From the human T2T-CHM13v2.0 reference genome, Homo sapiens, in the NCBI RefSeq assembly GCF_009914755.1, contig NC_060933.1: a stretch of DNA of 64,000 nt. One strand, written 5' to 3'. Each line of letters begins with the position of its first letter. The stretch's first letter is position 1. This document shows positions 1 through 13,489 of this stretch, one piece after another. Under the pieces are notes generated by a model that saw only the letters and a list, made by a program, of their open reading frames with translations, searched no databases and was not told the DNA's origin. The position numbers and the translations under genes were made by a program.

Positions 1-90
1 TTCTAAATATTTAAGTTACTACTGAAGTGATGTGTACAAATTAGGCACTTTTTTTTATTTTTTATTTTTTGGTATTTCCAACACACTTAC

Positions 91-182
91 CATTTTTGAG
101 GGGTAGTCCTTTGGAAATCCCTTGACAGGAATACCAAATACTCTTCTACCATTGATAAAAGCCTTCATTATAAAATTTGTCA
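91..182 (-). CDS. TUT7: TUT7 exon 24 (92 nt; [31 protein letters not shown])
   Basis: tttag|TGACA acceptor and ATG|gtaagt donor; phase 1 to 0. Confidence 0.93.
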
Positions 183-256
183 CTAAAAAGAAGAGTAAGA
201 ACTCACTTAGGCGGGTTAAAAGGAAAAGAGATTGTATTACAAATGACAAACTACCT

Positions 257-400
257 GGGCCTGGTGGCGCCTGTTATTCTAGCACTCTGGGAGGCTGGGG
301 TAGGTGGATCACTTGAGCCCAGGAGTTTGAGACCAGCCTGGGCAATAAAAGCAAGACCCTGTCTCTATTATAAAAGTAAATACATAAGTAAAATAAAAAA
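257..400 (+). mobile_element. Alu monomer (FLAM-like)
   Basis: Left-arm Alu sequence with A-rich tail. Confidence 0.75.
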
Positions 401-426
401 TAAAATTGACAAACGAAGTAACTCAC

Positions 427-474
427 TTTTCCTTGATAATCCAGCTCCAAGATTATGATTCAAATCAAAGGGAT
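427..474 (-). CDS. TUT7: TUT7 exon 23 (48 nt; [16 protein letters not shown], nucleotide-recognition motif with His at codon 1286)
   Basis: cttag|ATCCC acceptor and AAAA|gtgagt donor; EDPFxxxHN motif typical of Cid1/TUTase UTP recognition. Confidence 0.95.
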
Positions 475-1758
475 CTAAGCAAAAAAATTTAAGAGCAAAT
501 AAGGTAATCAAATAGAAAATGCCACCATTCATCCAATAAGTAAAGTTCATAAAACAAGACAAGAATATCATCTACTTTGCTTATCATTAATAAGTTTTAA
601 ATTCACATGATAGAAAAGAAGTGCAAAAAAAAGTTTAAAATGACACCTGTTAAATGAGCTTAGAAGTTATAATAAAGCTAAGCAATACATATTCCTAAAC
701 AGAAGGCAAGTTTTTCCACTACACTGTTCATCAGAATAGAGTGTACTACTTTATATTTAAATCATTATAAAGCTCTTTATGTTATGACTGGCTGCCTATT
801 TTTGAACAAAATACTGTTTGCAGAAGACACATTAGCCTGATATTACTTAATGACACTAGTTTTGGATGTATATAGAAGTTATAAATACATTTAAAACATT
901 TTGGCACTAAATGTTCCCACTATGTAACAAATTTCTTAAAGATCACTTCAGAAAATAATTCATGATGGAGATTACAAAACACACTTATAAAACACACAGA
1001 TATATACATCTGTCCCAATGGCATGCCATTGGCTACCTGGATCTTGGGATACAATTTCTAGTAAAAGCTTAATATAGACTCTCATTTGATCTTACATGTC
1101 TGCATCTGAAACATCTTAGATAGCTGTATATAGGATATGTTTTGGAATACTGTTTGTTAAATAACCCAGAAAATGGTAGGAATGATGAAAACAATGCTAA
1201 TGTCAAAGATTTATGTGAGGTGTGAATAAACTGTCTCATGAAATAAATGGGGTTAAAAGCACTATTTCTAAATCCAAATACTGTTTTATAAGTGATCTAA
1301 AATAACATACACCCATGATTCATAATTTAGACATTATGTGTAGATATCTAACTTCTATTTTTCACATCCCTAAAACAATATTCAAGAAGGCAAAGAGAAA
1401 AAAGCGATGACCTTTTTTCGGGAATCCTCTTATTGAGAAAATGAAGGACTGCATGGATATAGCATACACAAGAGAAGTAAAGAAGTAAAAAGTGGCATCT
1501 TCCACTTGCCAGGTATGCTTCTAGTGAACGGTAACTGAGGTGTACCACATTGAGATTGAGACTATCAGTTTATCGAAGTATAGGACCCTTCCTTCAGCTC
1601 AACCCTGCAGTAATTATTGCTATGAGAAGGTTACCTTCATCAGTTTGGTCATTCTTTCTTCAAGTGATTTTTATATGTGTATGTGTATTTTTGGTTATTT
1701 GCTTGGTGTAGTGGAGATACTACAATATTAGCTACTGTGCAGTTAAAGAAACTACTAC

Positions 1759-2050
1759 TGGCTGGGTGCTGTGGCTCACGCCTGTAATCCCAGCACTTTG
1801 GGAGGCTGAGGTGGGCTAATCACCTGAGGTCAGAAGTTCAAGATCAGCCTGGCCAACATGGTGAAACACTCTCTCTACTAAAAATACAAAAATTAGCCAG
1901 GCTTGGTGGTGTGTGCCTGTAGTCCCAGCTACTCTGGAGGCTGACAACGGGTGAACCCAGGAAGCGGAGGGTGCAGTGACCTGAAATCGCACCATTACAC
2001 TCCAGCCTGGGCGAGACAGTGAGACTCTGTCCCCGGCAAAGACAAAAACA
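1759..2050 (+). mobile_element. Alu (AluS-like)
   Basis: Full dimer. Confidence 0.92.
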
Positions 2051-2222
2051 AACGACTACTATCACCACTGAAATGCCTCAATTCTAAAATAGCTGGTTAT
2101 ATGGTTATGAATGAAGCCTTCTTTTTAGTTTAGCCTATTACTAACTGCTTGTCTGAAAGTAATGTAAAAATTAGAAGCAAAAGATAATAAACCTTCAAAA
2201 CTTAAAAAAGAATACATTAATA

Positions 2223-2623
<401 letters not shown>

Positions 2624-2946
2624 TCAAAACTATATCTGTAACCCATGGTGATCTGAAATTCATTTTACAAAAGTTCATTGTATTTTAATACTGCCAATAG
2701 GCAGAAATAATAATAAAACCACAACTTAGAATAGTACGTATTATTTATGTGATACAAACATATTAAAAGATAAACATTTAAAAATCTTATTAAAATTAAA
2801 AAAATATTTCTTAGGTCATTTCTCAGCTAAAGCATTTAAATTCCATTTTGTCTTAAAATAAGAATCCCACAAATTGGAAATAAACAATCAACTATTAGCA
2901 TCAATGGCTCCAATAGATCACTACATTCAATAGAAAAAGATAAGGT

Positions 2947-3255
<309 letters not shown>

Positions 3256-3663
3256 GGCTTCCATATGGTCAAAATAAATGTCAAAATTTATATACAATTA
3301 CTTATAGGTGAACTCCATCAATAGCGAATGAAGATCTTGAAAATTCACTTAGCGGCACTCTTCAAACCCCCCAACAGGAAGGTTGTAGAAGTCCCACTTT
3401 CTTGAAGCTGCCTTATCACTACTGCTGCCTTATCCTTCAGTATGTGTCCAACAATAGCAAAAAATTTGTCATGGTGAAATGGCTTCAGTCATTTAAAAAA
3501 CAAATCTTAAGGCTGGAAAGAGAAAAGTTGGCCTGGTATGGACAATGAGACTGGGGCACTGCACACCCCAAGCAGCTGGAAGAGCTCTGCAAGGAGGAAG
3601 AACAATGTCCTTATAGTTCAAGCTCTATAGTCTATTCGACTTCAAGTTTAATTTTATTCGTAC

Positions 3664-3841
3664 CTTCAATAACAATGTATTTTGAGGTCCACTGTTTCTT
3701 AAAAGTTGTAAGCAGACTTTTTCTCCTGATGCTAATAACATGTTCTTTAAAATCAAATTCCTCTGTGTAGAAACGAAGAAGGCCCAACCATAACTGCCCA
3801 ACAGATTCTGTATTTTTTCCACATTCTGACCAATAGGTAGG
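3664..3841 (-). CDS. TUT7: TUT7 exon 22 (178 nt; PTYWSECGKNTESVGQLWLGLLRFY...IVIE)
   Basis: tctag|CCTACC acceptor and GAAG|gtacg donor; PAP-associated domain. Confidence 0.95.
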
Positions 3842-4446
3842 CTAGAAATAGAAGGGAACAAGGGATACCATGGTCTTTAGTGAAGTGTTAATATCAATAT
3901 TCATTTGTATTTTAGGGAGTAAATTTGGATTTATTTCTAATTAACTAGAGCTCAATTATGCAACTTTTCTTTCATATTTAAAAACATAATTTACATAAGT
4001 TTATTAATCTCTACTCTGTGACTTGGAGTAGGAAGAGCTCAGAGTTTTCAGTGTCAAGTCTCAGAACATATTAGTCAGAAGATCCAGAAATAGATTCTAA
4101 GAGCCTTGGTAATACGTAGGTTATTAGATCTCTTTAGCTCATTGAAAGTCTTTCTAAACTCTGGGTACAAAAACCACAGAACAAATATTCATTCACTTGG
4201 AATAAAGTTACTTAACCATTTGGAATTATTAGGCATTAAAGAAATACTGGATATAGGCCCTAGAAATTCACTTGGCTTAGTAAAAATATTTTCACATCAA
4301 AGAAAGCATCTGAAAACACTATTTTTTTTACTATCATAAGATATATAAATACAACAAGCAATAAAATAGTTGTTGACCATCTACACTGTAGTATAGCTAA
4401 TTTTTAGTCAAGGATATAGGAAAATCTTTACTCTTAAAATACGTAC

Positions 4447-4524
4447 CAGTTCATCTATTTGATCAAAAAAATAAATATTCCAGCCATCAACAAATATTTC
4501 AGGTTTCTTTTCACCTTTGTATAT
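4447..4524 (-). CDS. TUT7: TUT7 exon 21 (78 nt; IYKGEKKPEIFVDGWNIYFFDQIDEL)
   Basis: ttcag|ATA acceptor and CTG|gtacgt donor; frame continuous. Confidence 0.93.
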
Positions 4525-4697
4525 CTGAAATTAATTTTTAAACTATTAGTATGGATTACAAACTTAATGCATTGATACAAAAACTTCTAGGAAAATAGGT
4601 AAAAAATTAACTACAGAACCACAGAATTTTAGAGGAGGAGAAAGGCTCAGAGATCACCAGTTTTCCAGATAAGAAATACAATTTCATTCACTAATAC

Positions 4698-4811
4698 CTC
4701 TTGAAGGACAGGAATGACTGGTGGATTCCTCTGCTGGAGAAAATATAGCACCATAAGAGTATATGCATACGATGATAAGCTGCCTCTAGATGCATCACCA
4801 ATATCACACAT
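4698..4811 (-). CDS. TUT7: TUT7 exon 20 (114 nt; MCDIGDASRGSLSSYAYTLMVLYFLQQRNPPVIPVLQE)
   Basis: tctag|ATG acceptor and GAG|gtatt donor. Confidence 0.95.
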
Positions 4812-5162
4812 CTAGACAGAAGGAAAACCAAGAACAAAGGAAAGGTCTGTTTTCTGCTAACTTTGCATCCATTCTGTTATCACTAAAAGTAAAGTGCATA
4901 TTTTGAGAACTAATATAAAAATCACATTGTCAAAGGCAAAACCAATCCAACCTAGCAAAGCAGTGGACAGCTGGCTACGTGCAAGATCAGGTCATTGTAT
5001 AAAATTCAGAACAAAATTTTAGCTTTCTTCATAGGGTCTCCCAAATAGCTACATGAAGCATTTCACATGACTACAGTTCATTAAAAAATAGATTTATGTT
5101 TTCAACAGTGTTTAAAGATGCAATGAAATTTCCTGATAAGTCACAATAGGAAGCATACTCAC

Positions 5163-5252
5163 CTTTGTAAATACTTTCATGGTATAGCACAAATACTTCA
5201 CTCTGGGATCAATGGCGGAATAAGCAGATAAAAGCCTTGTGTTATGAAGGGC
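5163..5252 (-). CDS. TUT7: TUT7 exon 19 (90 nt; ALHNTRLLSAYSAIDPRVKYLCYTMKVFTK)
   Basis: aacag|GCC acceptor and AAG|gtgagt donor. Confidence 0.95.
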
Positions 5253-5304
5253 CTGTTAAAAGGAAAATAACACTATAAGACTAACAATGAAGTGTAAAGG
5301 GTCT

Positions 5305-5500
<196 letters not shown>

Positions 5501-5939
5501 TGATTCATTTTAGGAAGAAGACATTTCAACTGAAATTAACCTTTTTTTTTTCCCTAAAGACAATCTTCATTAACTTACTAGATAATAATAAAGAATTATA
5601 AGTAACATCTGACCTCATGGCTTTTATACGTCCTTGGTCTGAACATCTAGAAAATAAGGGCTGGTGAAATAAACAATCAGTTCCCTTTCAGTAGATATAA
5701 GATCTCTCTGCACAAACACCCCTAAAGGGTCAGAGAGGTCCTATAAATCCCTGAAACATATCTGAATTATCTTAGAATCCTCAGCCTCAGAACACTGCCA
5801 GGTTCACAGCAAGTAAGCATAATAACTCTTGAAAGATTCACTAAGATGAAATGAATGACTTCTTTAACTTGAGGTTTTTGCAAGGTGAGACATTTGTTCC
5901 CTTAACCTCTCTAAACAAAAAGCCTGAAAAAAATCTTAC

Positions 5940-6043
5940 CAATGTGTTATACAAACTGATATCTACTTCCAGACCACTTCTCAAATGGAAGAACTTCACA
6001 ATTGGCACCTTTGCTGTTGTAATAGGTAAGATGTTTCTCAGAC
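5940..6043 (-). CDS. TUT7: TUT7 exon 18 (104 nt; GLRNILPITTAKVPIVKFFHLRSGLEVDISLYNTL, third catalytic Asp)
   Basis: cttag|GTCTG acceptor and TTG|gtaag donor. Confidence 0.95.
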
Positions 6044-6797
6044 CTAAGTTGGGAAATAAAATGTTATCATTAAATACAGCAGCTGGGGATATAAGTAACT
6101 CTTATGTTAATGTTCCAATATAAAATGGTGTAAACCTAACTTTGGCCTGTTTCATTGCATTCATTAGGACTTGTCAAAGAATTCTGTTATTAACAAACAT
6201 CTGGGAAGATTAGTCTGGCAAAGTTTACATTTATTAAACATATTGATATTAGAACTACAAGAATCAAACAGTCACTCCCCTCTGGGAACTTACTGGATCG
6301 TATGTGCACACGTGTGCATGTGTGTATATGCATGTGTATGTCGTTGTCACTAAGACAAATACCAAACAGAGGAAACTACTATAGAGTCTGAACTATGTGG
6401 TTCCCACCTGTTCTCTCCATGTGACTATATCTAATTTGGAGAACAGCCTAAGGGACGATTATCCTCCAAACAAGTTACTCACCTTAAAGCTAGAAGTTAT
6501 GAAGTTAATAGGAATTAACTTCAATAGGAGAGAGGAAATTGCCTGAGCTAAGCTTTGAAAAAGAGGGAGAAAAACCAGCAAAAATAGTGGCAGTTGAGCA
6601 AATTTACCAGGCAAGGCAAACTGTACACAAAAAGTGTAGATGCCTGAAATAGAATGGTACGTTCAGGGAAGTTCCAGAGAATTGCATAGGTTGCCAAATG
6701 AACTTGAGGGAATGGAATATGAGGCATAGGAGATGGTGGAGAAACTGGGAAAGGTCCAACTACAGAACATACACATTTTGCTAAGAATTATCCTTAG

Positions 6798-8369
6798 TCC
6801 TCTCCCTCTCCCTCTCCCCTCTTCCCTCTCCCCTCTCCCCTCTCCCCACGGTCTCCCTCTCCCTCTCTTTCCACGGTCTCCCTCTGATGCCGGTCTCCCT
6901 CTGATGCCGAGCCGAAGCTGGACTGTACCGCTGCCATCTCGGCTCACTGCAACCTCCCTGCCTGATTCTCCTGCCTCAGCCTGCCGAGTGCCTGCGATTG
7001 CAGGTGCGCGCCGCCACGCCTGACTGGTTTTCGTATTTTTTTGGTGGAGACGCGGTTTCGCTGTGTTGGCCGGGCTGGTCTCCAGCTCCTAACCACGAGT
7101 GATCCGCCAGCCTTGGCCTCCGGAGGTGCCGGGATTGCAGACGGAGTCTCGTTCACTCAGTGCTCAGTGGTGCCCAGGCTGGAGTGCAGTGGCGTGATCT
7201 CGGCCCGCTACAACCTCCACCTCCCAGCCGCCTGCCTTGGCCTCCCAAAGTGCTGAGATTGCAGCCTCTGCCCGGCCGCCACCCCGTCTGGGAAGTGAGG
7301 AGCATCTGTGCCTGGCCGCCCATCGTCTGGGATGTGAGGAGCCCCTCTGCCTGGCTGCCCAGTCTGGAAAGTGAGGAGCGTCTCTGCCCGGCCACCATCC
7401 CATCTAGGAAGTGAGGAGCGCCTCTTCCCGGCCGCCATCCCATCTAGGAAGTGAGGAGCGTCTCTGCCCGGCCACCCATCGTCTGAGATGTGGGGAGCGC
7501 CTCTGCTCTGCCGCCCCGTCCGGGATGTGAGGAGCGTCTCTGCCCGGCCGCCCCATCTGAGAAGTGAGGAGACCCTCTGCCTGGCAACCGCCCAGTCTGA
7601 GAAGTGAGGAGCCCCTCAGCCCAGCAGCCGCCCCGTCTGAGAAGTGAGGAGCCCCTCCGCCCGGCAGCCACCCCGTCTGGGAAGTGAGGAGCGTCTCCAC
7701 CCGGCAGCCACCCTGTCCGGGAGGGAGGTGGGGGGGTCAGTTCCCCGCCCGGCCAGCTGCCCCGTCTGGGAGGTGAGGGGCGCCTCTGCCCGGCCGCCCC
7801 TACTGGGAAGTGAGGAGCCCCTCTGCCCGGCCACCATCCCATCTGGGAGGTGTACCCAACAGCTCATTGAGAACGGGCCATGATGACAATGGCGGTTTTG
7901 TGGAATAGAAAGCGGGGAAAGGTGGGGAAAAGATTGAGAAATCGGATGGTTGCCGTGTCTGTGTAGAAAGAGGTAGACATGGGAGACTTTTCATTTTGTT
8001 CTGTACTAAGAAAAATTCTTCTGCCTTGGGATCCTGTTGATCTGTGACCTTACCCCCAACCCTGTGCTCTCTGAAACCTGCTGTATCCACTCAGGGTTGA
8101 ATGGATTAAGGGCGGTGCAAGATGTGCTTTGTTAAACAGATGCTTGAAGGCAGCATGCTCGTTAAGAGTCATCACCACTCCCTAATCTCAAGTACCCAGG
8201 GACACAAACACTGCAGAAGGCCGCAGGGTCCTCTGCCTAGGAAAACCAGAGACCTTTGTTCACTTGTTTATCTGCTGACCAGATAAACAAGTTTATTATG
8301 CTGCTCCACTATTGTCCTGTGACCCTGCCAAATCCCCCTCTGCGAGAAACACCCAAGAATGATCAATAA

Positions 8370-8412
<43 letters not shown>

Positions 8413-8413
8413 A
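6798..8413 (+). mobile_element. Full-length SVA retrotransposon, antisense within TUT7 intron 17
   Basis: (CCCTCT)n head, Alu-like domain, GC-rich VNTR (~7260-7850), SINE-R and (TAAA)n tail; 15-bp TSD AAGAATTATCCTTAG at 6783-6797 and 8414-8428. Confidence 0.97.
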
Positions 8414-8689
8414 AAGAATTATCCTTAGAATCAAAGAGGAGCCAATGAACTGGTCTAAGTTGGGAGGAATCACTGACCACATCTAGTTAGACAATAACCC
8501 TGGCAGTGGACAGACTGGAGGCACCAGGAACAGAGGCAGGGTGACCACTTATGAAAAACAACTGGGTGTGAACTTTCATGGTGGCATGGGAATACACAGA
8601 AGAAGCAAGGCATGTTTGAGAGCATCTGTAACTGGATGGGAAGCTAGGGGTAGTAAGAGAGGATCAGGGCTTTCAGAGTAAGAGTTACC

Positions 8690-9430
8690 ACTTCCTGAGC
8701 ACCTAATGTGTGATAGGGATATGTGAAGAGTCCTTTACAAACATTACCTCCTTAGGTTTATCACCCTCATCTTACAGATGAGGAAACAGAGACCCAGAAA
8801 GATTCACTAGCTTAGGAATATGCAGCTGGTAAATTGTGGAGCCGGAATTCAAATCTAGGTAAGATTGACTCCCAACTTATACTGAACCTACTGTGGGTCA
8901 GGCTAATTATCATTTCACCCGTTTTATTGATTCCAAGGATGCCAATATCAACAACCATGAAAAAGGATTCACAAGGAAGGGCAGATTAATGGAGTTGGTT
9001 CCTGCAGAAGGGAAGCGGTAAAGTGAAAGATAAGCTCATTCTGAGATGTCAGAGTTTGAGTTTCTTCTGAGAGAGCTAAGTGGTGGTTCCTAAAAAGCAG
9101 ATACATAGTGATCACATCATAGAACACAGGAGAAAATAAGTAGGTAGAAGACATTTCAGGAAAAAATCTGTGTGGCAGACAGAGGAAATGAAACTTAATC
9201 TGATGGGGAAAGGGGGCAAGGAAGCTCACTTTACTGAATACTTAGAATATGCTAGGCTTTGCACTTTACGTATTATCTTTCTTAAATGCCATAGAATTGT
9301 TATTTCCACTTTAGAGATGAGGAACTGAGTGCTTGTTATGAAGCTGAGTGACTTTTTGGGATTGCACAGCCAGCAAGGGGGAGACAGAATTTAAAATCAG
9401 AGTCTGATTCCAGAACCTCCACCTAGTACT
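8690..9430 (-). mobile_element. Two MIR fragments (~8690-8880 and ~9230-9430)
   Basis: TTACAGATGAGGAAACAGAG and TTAGAGATGAGGAACTGAG cores. Confidence 0.6.
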
Positions 9431-10584
9431 TTGCTATCTCGCCTCTAAATTAGACAGAGGCCCTTTTCTTCACATCCTTCCCATTCTGGAATTTGACACT
9501 GTTGATCATTACCACACTTCAAAGTCTCGGATTTATTCACAGCATATCTTCCCAGTTCCTTTTCAGTCTCTTTTCTTAATTTCTGTCTAGTCTCTTTCTC
9601 TCAATCTCTCTCTTTTTCTTCAAGGCTTTCAATGCAAAAAAAACTGTTTTATTTTCATCTTCAATTCTGACTGGCAACCCCATATTTCTAATTGTTTTCT
9701 GGAATGTTAAGTCTTGGAGATTATATGCTCATGGCAAACTAAACACTTTCACACAGGTGTTCTCTGCAAACATTCCTGGTTCTCAAATAACCCAGATAGT
9801 GACCTCAATCCTTACTTCCTACTTGCAGGTACCAAATCTAGGAAATTTTCCCACTTGGAATCTCTCATATCTTTTTCCTGTTAGCACCAGTGGCACCCTG
9901 GCTGAGGTCCTGCTGCCCTGTTGTCTACATTATACCTTCCCTAAAATACCACACCAGCTGCCTAAAAACCTTATGTTATGCTTTTATTGGGTCCTTTCCC
10001 TCCTGAAGAAACTTCAGTGCTTCCAAATATCTATAGACTTCATCTTATCTCCTAGTATTTCCCATTTGAAAATCTCCAAATGTACCAATCTTCTCACTGC
10101 TCTCCAAAATATCCCACAGTCTCACATTCACATCTATGCACTTAGAAATGATTTCTTTTCCCATCCTTTTCAAATCGTGTTCACCATCATCTGAGATCAT
10201 AGCAACCTCCATCTCTTCCATCAACCTCCCCTGTGCAACTCTTTCCCACATTCTCTCTTCTTAGAAGTTATTTAATTGAATATTACCTTACATTGTTACA
10301 TAGTTTGGAAGATTACCTTACCTCTTAAGATATGGAAGCTTTCACAAAAAAAACATACAGATTTTTTTACTTTTCCACCATCCCTAAGTGCCCAACACAG
10401 TGCTGTGCACATAGGAGGCACCCAATAAAATACCTGGGGAGACTGTTTTAAAGATATGAAGTTTTAAACACAGCCCTCTAGCTGTTACGAAATTCTTGTT
10501 CCAGGCAATCTGCATTCCATTATTATTATAAATCATCTGTGTGCCTAAGTCATTTCTAATCTAAAAATGATCTGTTTTTAACAT

Positions 10585-10820
10585 CGTTCCTTCTTAGGAA
10601 ATATATACTGAGGTATTTAGGGGAAAGGACATAATGTCTATAGCTTAATCTCAAATGGTACAGGAAGAAATTGAGAGCAAGCAAAAGATGGAATGATGAA
10701 TCAAATATGGAAAATGTTAATTGGTGGATCTGAATAAAAGTTATATGTGGAACTCTTTATGCAACTTTTGCTGCTTTCCTTTAAATGTGAAATTAAATTA
10801 TTTCAAAACACAAAGTTAAA
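10585..10820 (+). mobile_element. Old L1ME-type 3' UTR fragment
   Basis: Resembles an L1ME 3' end (ACTGAGGTATTTAGGGG...AAATTATTTCAAAA). Confidence 0.45.
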
Positions 10821-11569
10821 ATCTAGCTCAGTACTAAAAAATTAATAGTCACGCTAACTTAGTACTTCAGTTTCTTTGCACGACCTTCAAAACAAAACAA
10901 AACAAAACAAAACACATGATCTTTAGAGGTGGAATTCCCAAGTTAAGGGAAATGTTTACTTCAATGACCAAAGAAAAGTATATCAATGCACTTTTTTTCT
11001 TTTTTTTTTATATTGTTCTGCCCTCTGTGAACAAATCAATGTACATTTAAAAAAACAAAGCCTAACCCAATTTCTGTATACTTTAGGTTAATTTTTATTG
11101 GGAATAAACCAAAATTAAGATTTTTTTTCCTCCTGTTATTTAAACAACATGGTATGTACTTTATTAACTCCTGGGGAAAAAATTTCAAAGAAAAGTGGCA
11201 CCCAAGGTGTATATATGTGTGTGTCTAGGTGTGTGTGCACGTTCATGCTGTGACTTAAAGTCTGTTCCTAACCGAAATGTACAAAAACTTTTCATGGACA
11301 GACCATGGATTTTAAGTTCCTGAGGATAGGGGCCATATATTGTTCACTTTCATTTTCAGCTCTTAGCACAGAAGTTTGCTGAACTACATTTTAAAAGAAG
11401 ATTTTTCACTGTTAATGGTATCCATAGCTGCCATGACAACAAAAGGATACGTTAACAGCATTTCAATTCTGTGCATGGTTTACAAAATCTATACATTTTA
11501 TAGCTGTAAATACTCTAGAATAATTATCCAGTCCAGTTGCCTCAATTTATCAATGAAAAAAAGAGATCA

Positions 11570-11686
11570 GGCCAAGCGTAGTGGCTCACACCTGTAATCC
11601 CAGTGCTTTGGGAGGCCAAGGCACTTGAGCCCAGGAGTTCAGAGACTAGCCTGGACAACCTAGCAAGATCCCATTTCTTAAAAAAA
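11570..11686 (+). mobile_element. Alu monomer fragment
   Basis: Left arm; flanking repeat AAAAAAAGAGATC on both sides. Confidence 0.75.
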
Positions 11687-12047
11687 GAGATCGCTTCAAG
11701 TGAAGGACTTGTTCAGGGTCATATACAGCTTGTTGAGCAGAACAGCTGCAAATTCAACCCACAAGCCCAGTCCGGGGTGCTTTCCTTGACACTTCACACA
11801 ATTAGCAACTCCTACACTTTGACTTATACAACGCCAACAAAGGAAAAGGATTTATAGCCTTTCTTGCCTGTCTGGCGTAGGCTTTGTCTTGAAATAAAAC
11901 TGAGCTAGGCAACAATATGCATATAAATTATCACCAATTCCTCAGTCTTTCATACTTACGCATACAAGATTTTAAAAAGACATTAATATTGCAATTATTC
12001 TATGAATGAGCCACTATACTGCTTCATGGCATTAATAAACTCTAAAT

Positions 12048-12409
12048 ACAATTGGCCTTTCATGTCTGTGGGTCCTGCATCCCCATATCCAATCAAACAC
12101 AAACCAAAAATATTTAAGAGAAAAAAGCAACTAATAAAAAACTAACGATACAACAATAAAAAAATACAAATAAAAAATACAGTATAACAACTATTTACAT
12201 AGTATTTACACTGTATTAGGTATTATAAGTAACCTAGAGATGACTAAAACTATATGGAAGGATGCATATAGGTTATATGTAAATACTATGCCATTTTATA
12301 TAAGGAACTTGAGCATCTAAGGATTTTTTTTATCTGCTGGGGAAGGGAGGGTTGAGGGGTGATGGGTGGGCCTGGAACAAATACCCCATGGATACCAAGG
12401 GAAGACTAT
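12048..12409 (-). mobile_element. MER2-like (Tigger-derived) DNA transposon
   Basis: Degenerate terminal inverted repeats (CAATTGGCCTTT... and ...GGGAAGACTA) with TA flanks and a typical interior. Confidence 0.7.
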
Positions 12410-12464
12410 AGAAAACACTAATTAAAAAGTCAGAAATATTTTTAGAAAAAGTTTACAGAGGTAC

Positions 12465-12522
12465 CTGAATGTTTTCTGAGGACTCTTGCTAATTCTTCAA
12501 TAGTTCTGACACAGTCCAATCC
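12465..12522 (-). CDS. TUT7: TUT7 exon 17 (58 nt; GLDCVRTIEELARVLRKHS)
   Basis: tgtag|GGA acceptor and TCAG|gtac donor. Confidence 0.92.
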
Positions 12523-13489
12523 CTACAACAAAGAAGGCATAAAGAACTTAACCAAAACTGGAAGACAGGTTCTGAAACTGGCTATAGTTTCCATTACCTT
12601 CAGAAATAATGTAATTAATTTCAAGTCAGTCTATATCTATTTTTTTCCTTTCTAGTTGGGTATTAGAGTCAGTATTCACAGGAAATATCCTGACGGTACA
12701 AAAACCACTAAATACCCTACTTCCTAATTGTTTTTGGGTGTGCAACAAAGGCTAAAATCAGTCAGGAAGCTTATGGACCTAGGGCTTCCAAAAAAGTCTC
12801 TGAACCATGGTTGAGGACCTTCATTTCTTCCCCTCCACATAATATCACTCGGATGTACCCCATGTCCCAGAATAAATGAGAGGAGGCTTCTGTGCCCCAG
12901 CTCATTCATTCTAAGCAGACCTTCTATAGTTTAAGAGTTGATGAATTGCTGTGGAGAGTGATTAAGCTCAAATTATTTCCCTATAGGACTAGCCAGAATT
13001 ATAATGCATATAACTAAAGTCATACAGCAAATATAAATAGTATTTGATAAATCATTCTTAAAAACATTTGGGCTGACTCAACATACGCCTTTTTGATGGT
13101 TATAAAAATCCCAGAACATACGTGGAATGTTACTTTAGAAATGCCCTCAAAACTAGTTTATAAGCCATGTAAAAAAATAAATAAATAAATAAACCTTGAG
13201 GATGTATGATAGGGTCATTCCATATGTTGAGCCAATCTTGCTTATATACTTTATTCAAATTCAGGCTAGATCACTTTTGACTATTTTCCCAAATCAGATA
13301 CATCCTCAAAATAGAAAGACTTGAAACTAAGAAAAGGTACAAAAAGGTCTTCAGCAACAGCAGCATCATTCATTTGGATATTTAGCATTTGGACTGCTGT
13401 TAAGGATTTAAAAGAATAGGGACTCAGCACTTCCTAGACTTTATACCTTTATATAGTGTTTTATATTTTATAAATGCCTTCAGATATCC

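Noticed and set aside
6663-8090. Cluster of 70-130 aa ORFs
   Set aside because: Translations of the SVA hexamer, Alu-like and VNTR sequence.
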